Assembly: GCA_964215915.1 (NCBI GenBank)
Contig: CAXPEB010000094.1
Location: 535-64,534, forward strand
Length of the DNA: 64,000 nt
Reading direction: 5' to 3'
From: Bacteroidia bacterium
Lineage (GTDB): Bacteria; Bacteroidota; Bacteroidia; UBA8524
Below are positions 47,080 through 54,448 of the stretch, one piece after another; position 1 is the first letter of the stretch; each line of letters opens with the position of its first letter. The notes beneath the pieces are model-generated. The model searched no databases. It was not told the origin of the DNA and was given only the letters and a program-made list of their open reading frames with translations. A program made the translations under genes and the position numbers.

Positions 47080-47515
47080 CCTCCTGAATTTCTACAACAG
47101 CCATGGTCAACCGACTCACACATACCAGATCACCCTCTTCATCCCGAATCCGGATTTCCCAGACCTGTGTGGTTTTACCTACATGAAGTGGGTTTGCCTT
47201 TCCATACACAAAACCGCCCCTGGCCGGTTTAATATGGTTGGCATTGATTTCCATACCGAATGCTACATAGCGACTTCTGTCCAGTACCAGATTTGCAGCC
47301 ATACTTCCAAGCGTTTCAGCCAGCGCCAGGGATGCACCGCCATTCAGCATTTTCAGCGGCTGAAACGTCCGGGTATCCACAGGCATCCTGGCACTCAGGG
47401 AATCTTCCCGTATGTCAGTATATTCTATCCCAATATGTTCCGCCATGGTATCTTTCATGCGGTCATTCAGCGCCTTCAGCGGTATATTTGTATCGATCTT
47501 AGGCAGTTTTCTCAT
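47060..47515 (-). CDS. PaaI/hotdog-fold thioesterase (DHNA-CoA thioesterase-like)
   Basis: LNDRMKDTMAEHIGIEYTDI...MLNGGASLALAETLGS...NHIKPA. A 20-nt overlap links it to menF. Confidence 0.75.
   Translation of the reverse strand: MRKLPKIDTNIPLKALNDRMKDTMAEHIGIEYTDIREDSLSARMPVDTRTFQPLKMLNGGASLALAETLGSMAANLVLDRSRYVAFGMEINANHIKPARGGFVYGKANPLHVGKTTQVWEIRIRDEEGDLVCVSRLTMAVVEIQEDALGLS
47483..47490 (+). promoter_or_regulatory. -7 promoter box TAtaTTTG for the histidine phosphatase gene, embedded in the antisense thioesterase CDS
   Basis: Exact TAnnTTTG match 23 nt upstream of ATG 47514. Confidence 0.4.
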
Positions 47516-48155
47516 GATGAACGAAGCGCAACAAAGTTCTTTTTCCGTAACAAGAAAAACAATCTACCTGGTGCGACACGGCGAAACGGAATTCAATCGC
47601 CTCGGTATCGTACAGGGCAGCGGGGTAGACAGTGACCTGAATGATACCGGTAAAGAACAGGCCCGGCGCTTTCATGCCCGTTACGGCCACCTTCCCTTCG
47701 AACGCATTTATACCTCTGCGTTGAAACGTACGCATCAGTCCGTAAATGCCTTCCTGGACGCAGGAATTCCGCATACCGCACTCCCCGAACTCAACGAGAT
47801 CAGCTGGGGAAATTACGAAGGCATGGAAAGTCGCTCGGTATGGAAACAGGAATACCTCGATATGGTAAACAACTGGAAATCCGGCCAACTCGATTACCGC
47901 ATTCCTGGCGGAGAAAACCCTGTGGAACTGCAGGCTCGCCAAAAACCTGCCCTGGAAAAAATCCTTAGCGACAAGGAAGAGCTGGTGCTCATCTGCATGC
48001 ACGGGAGGGCTATGAAGAGCTTTCTTTGCCTGATGCTCGGACTGCCACTTAGCAGCATGGACGATTTCACACACCACAACCTCGGGCTGTTCCTGCTCGA
48101 ATACGACAACAGCCGCTTCCGGCTGCTGAAGTCCAACTGCACCCTTCATCTCTAG
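47514..48155 (+). CDS. histidine phosphatase (phosphoglycerate mutase-like) family protein
   Basis: IYLVRHGETEFNRLGIVQGSGVDSDLNDTGKEQA (RHG catalytic motif)...MHGRAM. The start was moved to Met35 of the track ORF. Confidence 0.8.
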   Translation: MMNEAQQSSFSVTRKTIYLVRHGETEFNRLGIVQGSGVDSDLNDTGKEQARRFHARYGHLPFERIYTSALKRTHQSVNAFLDAGIPHTALPELNEISWGNYEGMESRSVWKQEYLDMVNNWKSGQLDYRIPGGENPVELQARQKPALEKILSDKEELVLICMHGRAMKSFLCLMLGLPLSSMDDFTHHNLGLFLLEYDNSRFRLLKSNCTLHL

Positions 48156-48197
48156 AAGCCAAACCATTCCGGTATTTTAATGTTCTGCTTCAAGACC

Positions 48198-48205
48198 TAT
48201 ATTTG
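48198..48205 (+). promoter_or_regulatory. -7 promoter box TAtaTTTG upstream of the acyl-CoA dehydrogenase gene
   Basis: Exact TAnnTTTG match 20 nt upstream of ATG 48226. Confidence 0.45.
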
Positions 48206-48225
48206 CACACCTTTAATCCTAACGA

Positions 48226-49365
48226 ATGAATTTCGAACTGAGTGAAGAACACCTGATGATCCAGCAGGCTGCACGCGATTTTGCCAATGCAGAACTGCTC
48301 CCCGGAGTAATCGAACGCGATGAGACAGGCAAATTTCCCATGGAACAGGTTCGCAAAATGGGCGAACTCGGGTTTATGGGTATGATGGTCAGCCCCGAAT
48401 ACGGCGGGGGGGGAATGGATACCATTTCCTATGTATTGGCTATGGAAGAGATCAGCAAGGTTGACGCCTCCGCTTCAGTGGTTATGTCAGTGAACAACTC
48501 ACTGGTATGCTGGGGTTTGGAGACGTACGGCACAGAAGAACAGAAACAAAAATACCTGGTACCCCTGGCACAGGGTAAGATTCACGGCGCCTTCTGCCTT
48601 TCCGAACCCGAAGCCGGATCAGATGCCACTTCGCAACGCACCACTGCCTTTGACCAGGGCGATCATTACCTGCTGAACGGAACCAAAAACTGGATTACCA
48701 ACGGCAACACAGGCGATGTTTACCTGGTTATTGCCCAATCAAACGTAGAAGCAGGCCACCGTGGCATCAATGCTTTTATCGTGGAGAAAAGCTGGGATGG
48801 CGTACAGGTTGGCAGGAAAGAAGATAAAATGGGAATCCGCGGATCCGACACTCATTCCATCATGTTCCAGGATGTGAAGGTTCCCAAAGAAAACCGTATC
48901 GGCGAAGATGGTTTCGGCTTCAAGTTTGCCATGAAGACCCTCGCCGGAGGAAGAATAGGAATTGCCTCACAGGCTCTGGGTATCGCTTCAGGTGCCTACG
49001 AACGCTCTGTGGCTTACTCCAAAGAACGTAAGGCCTTCGGGAAAGAGATTATGCACCACCAGGCGATCCAGTTTAAGCTGGCCGATATGGCTACGGAAAT
49101 CGAAGCAGCCCGTCTGCTCTGCCTCCGCGCTGCCTGGCTGAAAGACCAGAAGCAGGATTACGGCCTCGCCGGATCCATGGCCAAAGTCTATTCTTCCGAA
49201 GTCGCTATGAAAACCACCACCGAAGCGGTGCAGATTCACGGCGGTTACGGCTATGTTCGCGAATACCATGTCGAACGGATGATGCGCGATGCCAAGATCA
49301 CCCAGATCTACGAAGGCACCTCGGAAGTGAACCGCATCGTAATTTCCAGAGACATTCTAAGATAA
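48226..49365 (+). CDS. acyl-CoA dehydrogenase (short/medium-chain type)
   Basis: MNFELSEEHLMIQQAARDFA...GAFCLSEPEAGSD...WITNG...QIHGGYGYVREYHVERMMRDAKITQIYEGTSEV. Confidence 0.92.
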   Translation: MNFELSEEHLMIQQAARDFANAELLPGVIERDETGKFPMEQVRKMGELGFMGMMVSPEYGGGGMDTISYVLAMEEISKVDASASVVMSVNNSLVCWGLETYGTEEQKQKYLVPLAQGKIHGAFCLSEPEAGSDATSQRTTAFDQGDHYLLNGTKNWITNGNTGDVYLVIAQSNVEAGHRGINAFIVEKSWDGVQVGRKEDKMGIRGSDTHSIMFQDVKVPKENRIGEDGFGFKFAMKTLAGGRIGIASQALGIASGAYERSVAYSKERKAFGKEIMHHQAIQFKLADMATEIEAARLLCLRAAWLKDQKQDYGLAGSMAKVYSSEVAMKTTTEAVQIHGGYGYVREYHVERMMRDAKITQIYEGTSEVNRIVISRDILR

Positions 49366-49384
49366 TTATTAGCTGTAGTGTGAT

Positions 49385-49422
49385 AGGCTCATCCTGGATT
49401 ACCGGGATGGGCCTTATTTTTT
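49385..49422 (+). terminator. rho-independent terminator after the acyl-CoA dehydrogenase gene
   Basis: Stem aggctcatcc pairs with ggatgggcct (10 bp including one G-U). TATTTTTT follows. Confidence 0.6.
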
Positions 49423-49426
49423 GCCC

Positions 49427-50242
49427 TTAGCGGAGCTTGAACGGGTAGGATTTACCATTCCAGATAAAGACGGCATCGTCGTCGCAGGTTCCGTTTCCAT
49501 AATCAATGCTGCGTACCGTTCCGCCCACAGGGGTCATATCCAATATCCCTTCGTCCACATAGTTACAGGAAAGAGCCCGGTGCAAAGCCTTACGGATATC
49601 CAGGTTCCAGGTAGCGGTTCCTTGTGTGTATACTGCACTGCCTTCAATATTCCATTCGTCATCGGTCCAGTTTAGCGGAGTCCCGTAACCTTTCAGCCAG
49701 GTATGGGTACGGTTACTGGTCCACTGCACCTGTCCGCCGGAATTGGGTTTGGTAACCGTGCCCTGAACAGCGATGGACCAATGCGGATTGCCCTGACCGT
49801 TATTCCCCAGGTGAACAATGATCTTCTGCCCGGCTACCCCGTAATCATTCACAAAATAGTCGTCGGGGGTAAGGATGGCGCTGTCACCCGGCGACCAGTA
49901 ATTGCCGGTATAACGAATATCGATTGCGCCGCGGCGTAGCCGCATGTCCTTGCACAGGCAGTTGTTCGGTCCGAAATCAATCCGGATAATTTTGGTCATC
50001 GTATCCAGGGTCACCGTGGCGCATCCTCCCTTGTAGGAGGTAAGATCGCCGGAGCGGGCCTGGTCAGAGATAGATTTAAGATCGCTGAAAACCTGTTCGC
50101 AGATGCTCATATCCACAAGTGTCTGCAGATCGGTTTCCTCATCGGGGTCTTTTTCCTTGTCTTTCCTGCAGGATTGCATACCGGCGAATAACGCGGTCAA
50201 TACCAGAAATCCGGTTCCGGTTTTTAGAATGAATGATTTCAT
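49427..50242 (-). CDS. hypothetical lipoprotein
   Basis: MKSFILKTGTGFLVLTALFAGMQSC lipobox. I recognise no domain. Confidence 0.55.
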   Translation of the reverse strand: MKSFILKTGTGFLVLTALFAGMQSCRKDKEKDPDEETDLQTLVDMSICEQVFSDLKSISDQARSGDLTSYKGGCATVTLDTMTKIIRIDFGPNNCLCKDMRLRRGAIDIRYTGNYWSPGDSAILTPDDYFVNDYGVAGQKIIVHLGNNGQGNPHWSIAVQGTVTKPNSGGQVQWTSNRTHTWLKGYGTPLNWTDDEWNIEGSAVYTQGTATWNLDIRKALHRALSCNYVDEGILDMTPVGGTVRSIDYGNGTCDDDAVFIWNGKSYPFKLR

Positions 50243-50314
50243 AATGGCTCTTAGTTGACCACGAAAATTAGATCTAAAAAGACGGTCTTGCTTGTGCAGG
50301 GAAGGAAAAAACTC

Positions 50315-51541
50315 CTACAAATGTGCGCCTATCAGCAGATCGATATCCTTAAACTTCAGGTTATACCGTTCCCCGATATGCCTCTTCACCAGGTTTCCTT
50401 TATAGATGTATACGCCGTTACGGATGATGTGGCTGTCCCAGAAATAGTTTCGGAAACCACCGCTTTCGGCAATATCGATGAGGATGGGCGTAAAAATGTT
50501 GCTTAGCGCATAGCTTGCCGTGCGGGCAACCCTTGAGGGAATATTGGGCACCCCGTAGTGGATCACATCGTGTTTGATCACCACCGGGTTGGTATGCGTC
50601 GTTACCTCAGAAGTTTCAAAGCAGCCTCCCTGATCGATACTTACATCCACAATCACCGACCCCGGTTTCATGCGGCTTACCATTTCCTCACTGACTACAT
50701 TCGGGCTGCGTCCCTCATCACTGCGCAAGGCTCCGATGGCCAGGTCACAGCTCACAAGTGCTTTGCTCAGGATATTGGGTTGGAGTATGGAAGTATAGAC
50801 CGGCTGACGCAGGTGGTTCTGCAACCGGCGAAGCTTTGCCAGGGAATTGTCGAAGACCTTTACCGTTGCCCCGAGTGCCACGGCTGTGTGGGCTGCATAC
50901 TCCCCGACCGTTCCGGCCCCGATAATCACCACTTCGGAGGGTGGAATGCCGGAGATTCCTCCCAGCAGTTCCCCTTTACCGCCATGGGTGTTACCCAGGT
51001 ATTCGGCACCGATAAGCACCGCCGACCTACCGGCAATTTCACTCATGCTGCGGATGATTGAAAGGGTATCTTCCTGATCTTTCAGGAATTCATAGGCAAT
51101 AGCCGTGATCTTCTTATTGATGAGCTGACGGATATAGGTATCCGTAAGGTTGGTCATCTGAATGGCAGAGAACAGGTACTGACCCGGAACCATAAGATCG
51201 ATCTCTTCCTTGGTGGGGGGATCGATTTTAAGGATGATCTCGGATTTATAGACCTCTTCCTTTCCGTAGGCAATCTTTGCCCCCGCCTCGCTGTACTGCC
51301 GGTCTTCGAAGTTGGCATTTTTCCCCGCTCCCGATTCTATGGTAATCTCATGACCCGAATTGACCAGCAGCGAAACCGAAGAAGGCGTCAGTGGAACCCG
51401 GTTTTCCTGGTAAGTAATTTCTTTGGGAATCCCTACGGAAAGACGGGTGTTGTGCTTACGAACCTCCAACAGCTGTTCCTGTGGCTGAAGGGATGCCTGC
51501 CGGGCAAGTTCACTAAAAGGCGATTTGGGCTTGTCACTCAT
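50315..51541 (-). CDS. AlaDH/PNT-family dehydrogenase paralog with non-canonical active site
   Basis: GIPKEITYQENRVPLTP, IIGAGTVGEYAA and VDVSIDQGGCFETSEVTTH match the family. ILKIDPP replaces the catalytic Lys motif and LFSAIQM replaces the catalytic His motif. There is an N-terminal extension of about 35 aa. Confidence 0.75.
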   Translation of the reverse strand: MSDKPKSPFSELARQASLQPQEQLLEVRKHNTRLSVGIPKEITYQENRVPLTPSSVSLLVNSGHEITIESGAGKNANFEDRQYSEAGAKIAYGKEEVYKSEIILKIDPPTKEEIDLMVPGQYLFSAIQMTNLTDTYIRQLINKKITAIAYEFLKDQEDTLSIIRSMSEIAGRSAVLIGAEYLGNTHGGKGELLGGISGIPPSEVVIIGAGTVGEYAAHTAVALGATVKVFDNSLAKLRRLQNHLRQPVYTSILQPNILSKALVSCDLAIGALRSDEGRSPNVVSEEMVSRMKPGSVIVDVSIDQGGCFETSEVTTHTNPVVIKHDVIHYGVPNIPSRVARTASYALSNIFTPILIDIAESGGFRNYFWDSHIIRNGVYIYKGNLVKRHIGERYNLKFKDIDLLIGAHL

Positions 51542-51575
51542 AGACTCAACGCATATTCAAGTTAGCGAAAAAGCG

Positions 51576-52295
51576 TCAATTATGGTAGTAACTGCGGTTG
51601 CGGTAAGGGAATTTTTTTGCGCTTCTCCGGGCAACCTGTTCAATGACCTCATTGGCCCGGCTGTTCCAGTCGATATCAATATCCATCGGCAACTTCCAAA
51701 GCAGGCTGGCATCACTGCCGTTGAGCAACTGACAATCAATACGAATATGATAGGTGCGGTTATAAAAGGAAGGATCAGCCCCTGGAGGCAGGTTAAACCC
51801 GTCGGGCAGTTTGATCTTGTCCAGAATATCTCCCGCTATTTCCAATCCGAAAGACTCCAGGTCGGTAAGGAATTTCTCTTTTTCCACGCGGGTATAGACA
51901 ATGGATTGAACACCCAGAATGGCCGAAAGGCGTTCGGGTGTTTCTTTCCAGGCATCCATGGGAACGATACCGCTGTCCTGTAGAATTTTATTCGTCCGTT
52001 CCGGAGTCTGAAATTCGATCTTGATATCCTTTTTTCCTGACCCCGACTGCCTCAGCAGTTGGTTGTGCAGGGCTCGCTGAAAGGCCTGGGACTCGGCTTC
52101 GGCAATTTTTCGTTTGTCTTCCGGGCTCAGGTCGGCATCCTGCCGGCCGGTATACACCATCTGGTAGGGAAGTACTGCTACCTGTTTATGCCCCACCGAC
52201 TTGCTGCTGAATACCGGAGTGGTGAAAGATTTGGCGCAGGCAGCCAGGCCGATAATTCCCAAAATAATCAGCCCAAACAGTAAACGGTTTTTCAT
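51576..52295 (-). CDS. hypothetical lipoprotein
   Basis: MKNRLLFGLIILGIIGLAAC lipobox. I recognise no domain with confidence. Confidence 0.55.
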   Translation of the reverse strand: MKNRLLFGLIILGIIGLAACAKSFTTPVFSSKSVGHKQVAVLPYQMVYTGRQDADLSPEDKRKIAEAESQAFQRALHNQLLRQSGSGKKDIKIEFQTPERTNKILQDSGIVPMDAWKETPERLSAILGVQSIVYTRVEKEKFLTDLESFGLEIAGDILDKIKLPDGFNLPPGADPSFYNRTYHIRIDCQLLNGSDASLLWKLPMDIDIDWNSRANEVIEQVARRSAKKFPYRNRSYYHN

Positions 52296-52341
52296 AGTCA
52301 GGGTCGAAAATACAACAGCCTGCCGGGATTACCAGCGTATA

Positions 52342-52758
52342 TTACCAGCGTATACTTCGCTCTCCTTCAGCCTCATGAGCCAGGAATACCCTTACCGTAT
52401 CTTCCGGTAGAAAATCCGCTGCAACCTCCGGCCATTCGATAAGGCAGATATCCCCGGAGTCCAGGTATTCCATAAACCCGATATCCAGCGCTTCTTCCGC
52501 CGTTTTCAGGCGATACAGATCGAAATGGCAAACTCTTCCGGAAGGGGAGTCGTACTCATTGACCAGGGAAAAACTGGGGCTGTCTACCTCTCCTTTCACC
52601 CCAAGCTCCCGACAGATCATCCGGATCAGCGTGGTCTTACCCGTACCCAAATCACCGGAAAAACTCATCACGGGTTTTTGCCTCAGGATACCGGCCAGTT
52701 CAAGGGCTACCTCCTGCAGAGCCCCCAGGTCCTTCAACCTTAAGGGTGTTTCCATCAT
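52342..52758 (-). CDS. tsaE: tRNA t6A biosynthesis ATPase TsaE (YjeE)
   Basis: GDLGTGKTTLIR (P-loop), SPSFSLVNEY, HFDLYRL and IEWPE. Confidence 0.9.
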   Translation of the reverse strand: MMETPLRLKDLGALQEVALELAGILRQKPVMSFSGDLGTGKTTLIRMICRELGVKGEVDSPSFSLVNEYDSPSGRVCHFDLYRLKTAEEALDIGFMEYLDSGDICLIEWPEVAADFLPEDTVRVFLAHEAEGERSIRW

Positions 52759-54308
52759 CCTTTGCCCCGCATCATCACCACGGGAATCATCATTTCCTCC
52801 ATGGAAATACCCCCGTGCTGAAAGGTATCGCGGTAGTACTTAACGTAGTAGTTGTAGTTATTGGGATAGGCAAAGAACTTGTTCTCGTCGGCAAATACAT
52901 AAGCCGAACTCACGTGCAGCCTGGGCAGGAAGCCCTCCGCCGGGTTCTTGATCTCGAAGACCTCCTTACGCTCGTAGCTCAGGTTCTTGCCTTGCTTGTA
53001 ACGCAGGTTGGTATTGGTGTTCTTGTCGCCAACGATCTTCACCGGGTCTTTCACCCTTACCGATCCGTGGTCGGTGGAAATGATCAGGCGTAGCTTCTTA
53101 TCTGCAATCCGTTTCAGTGCCTCCAGCAAAGGCGAATGCTCAAACCAGCTAAGGGTTACGGAACGGTAAGCCGCCTCATCTTCGGAAAGTTCACGCATCA
53201 GGGAGACATCGGTGCGGGCATGCGACAGGGCGTCGACAAAGTTGTATACGATCACGCTGAGATCGTTGTGCAGCATATTGGGAATCGTATCCACCAGGTT
53301 TTTGCCGCCGTCGAGGTTGGTGATCTTGGTATAACTGAATTTGGTGCCTTTGCGGGCCCGGTTGAGCTGGTCAGCCAGGAATTCCTCCTCAAAATTATTC
53401 TTGCCGCCCTCGTCTTCGTCATTGCTCCACATCTTCGGGAATCGTTTTTCTATCTCAGAGGGACGGAGCCCGGAGAAGATGGAGTTCCGGCAATATTGGG
53501 TAGTAGTTGGCAGAATGCTCATGTACATATCTTCTTCTTCCATGCGGAAGTATTCGGAAAGTACGGGCTGGATCACCTTCCACTGATCGAAGCGCAGGTT
53601 ATCGATCAGCAGGAATACCACCGGGGTTTCACCGTCGATATGCGGGAACACCTTCTGACGCATGAGTTCATGGCTCAGTAGCGGTGCTTTGGGGTTTCGG
53701 TTATTGATGAAGTCGAGGTAGTTTTTTCGTATAAAATCTGACCAGTTGTGGTTGGCCTCGTCTTTCTGTGTATTGAGCACCTCATCCATACCCGAATCCT
53801 TGGAAGCACGCAGCTCCAGGTCCCAGTAAACCAGTTTACGGTACACGTTTTTCCAGGCCTCGAAATCGAGATCATCCATAAAGGTCATGGAAATATTGCG
53901 GAAATCCTGCTGGTAACCCTGGGCGGTTTTTTCACTTACCAGGCGTTTGTTATCCAGTTGTTTTTTGATGGAGAGCAGAATCTGGTTGGGGTTGACGGGC
54001 TTGATGAGGTAGTCGGCAATCTTGGAGCCTATCGCCTCTTCCATGATGTATTCCTCTTCGCTTTTGGTAATCATCACCACCGGCACATCCTTCATCTTTT
54101 CCTTGATGCGGTTCAATGTTTCCAATCCGGAAAGGCCCGGCATATTTTCATCGAGAAAAATGATGTCGAAGTTGGCATTGTCTACCGCTTCAATAGCATC
54201 CACCCCGCTGTTAACGGTAGTGAGTTCGTAGCCTTTGTTTTTCAGGAACAGGATATGGGGTTTAAGAAGATCGATTTCGTCGTCGGCCCAGAGTATGTGT
54301 ATAGACAT
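52755..54308 (-). CDS. porX: PorX-type response regulator: CheY-like receiver fused to a PglZ/alkaline-phosphatase-superfamily domain
   Basis: Receiver domain: ILWADDEIDLLKPHILFLKNKGY...DIIFLDENMPGLSGLE...VVMITKSEEE. The C-terminal ~350 aa carries PglZ-like motifs (VVFLLIDNLRFDQW, VYNFVDALSHA, STDHGS). The stop overlaps the tsaE start (ATGA). Confidence 0.8.
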   Translation of the reverse strand: MSIHILWADDEIDLLKPHILFLKNKGYELTTVNSGVDAIEAVDNANFDIIFLDENMPGLSGLETLNRIKEKMKDVPVVMITKSEEEYIMEEAIGSKIADYLIKPVNPNQILLSIKKQLDNKRLVSEKTAQGYQQDFRNISMTFMDDLDFEAWKNVYRKLVYWDLELRASKDSGMDEVLNTQKDEANHNWSDFIRKNYLDFINNRNPKAPLLSHELMRQKVFPHIDGETPVVFLLIDNLRFDQWKVIQPVLSEYFRMEEEDMYMSILPTTTQYCRNSIFSGLRPSEIEKRFPKMWSNDEDEGGKNNFEEEFLADQLNRARKGTKFSYTKITNLDGGKNLVDTIPNMLHNDLSVIVYNFVDALSHARTDVSLMRELSEDEAAYRSVTLSWFEHSPLLEALKRIADKKLRLIISTDHGSVRVKDPVKIVGDKNTNTNLRYKQGKNLSYERKEVFEIKNPAEGFLPRLHVSSAYVFADENKFFAYPNNYNYYVKYYRDTFQHGGISMEEMMIPVVMMRGKG

Positions 54309-54433
54309 AGTGTTGTAACGCGCTTGCAGTTGGATTCGTGCACAAAGGAACGAAAAATGACCGGGTTAGTCAGGCCGAGCACCAAAGCGCTGCATTACAG
54401 GAGACAGGCGACCTGAAATTCCACCTACTTCGC

Positions 54434-54441
54434 TAGCTTTG
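54434..54441 (+). promoter_or_regulatory. -7 promoter box TAgcTTTG abutting the HD-domain gene start
   Basis: Exact TAnnTTTG match with 7 nt between its G and the TTG start at 54449. Confidence 0.4.
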
Positions 54442-54448
54442 CAGCGCA

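Noticed and set aside
47499-48167. 222-aa minus-strand ORF
   Set aside because: It is antisense to the histidine phosphatase gene, which carries the RHG motif. The antisense translation is featureless.
48406-48413. G8 homopolymer inside the acyl-CoA dehydrogenase gene, considered as a possible phase-variation tract
   Set aside because: It simply encodes the conserved Gly run in PEYGGGGM of this enzyme family. The reading frame is intact and a core metabolic gene is not a plausible phase-variable locus.
52755-54308. PglZ domain considered as a marker of a BREX-type defence system
   Set aside because: The PglZ domain is fused to a CheY receiver, which is the PorX architecture. No methyltransferase, BrxC-like ATPase, Lon-like protease or other BREX genes flank it. 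The neighbours are tsaE and lipid A genes.
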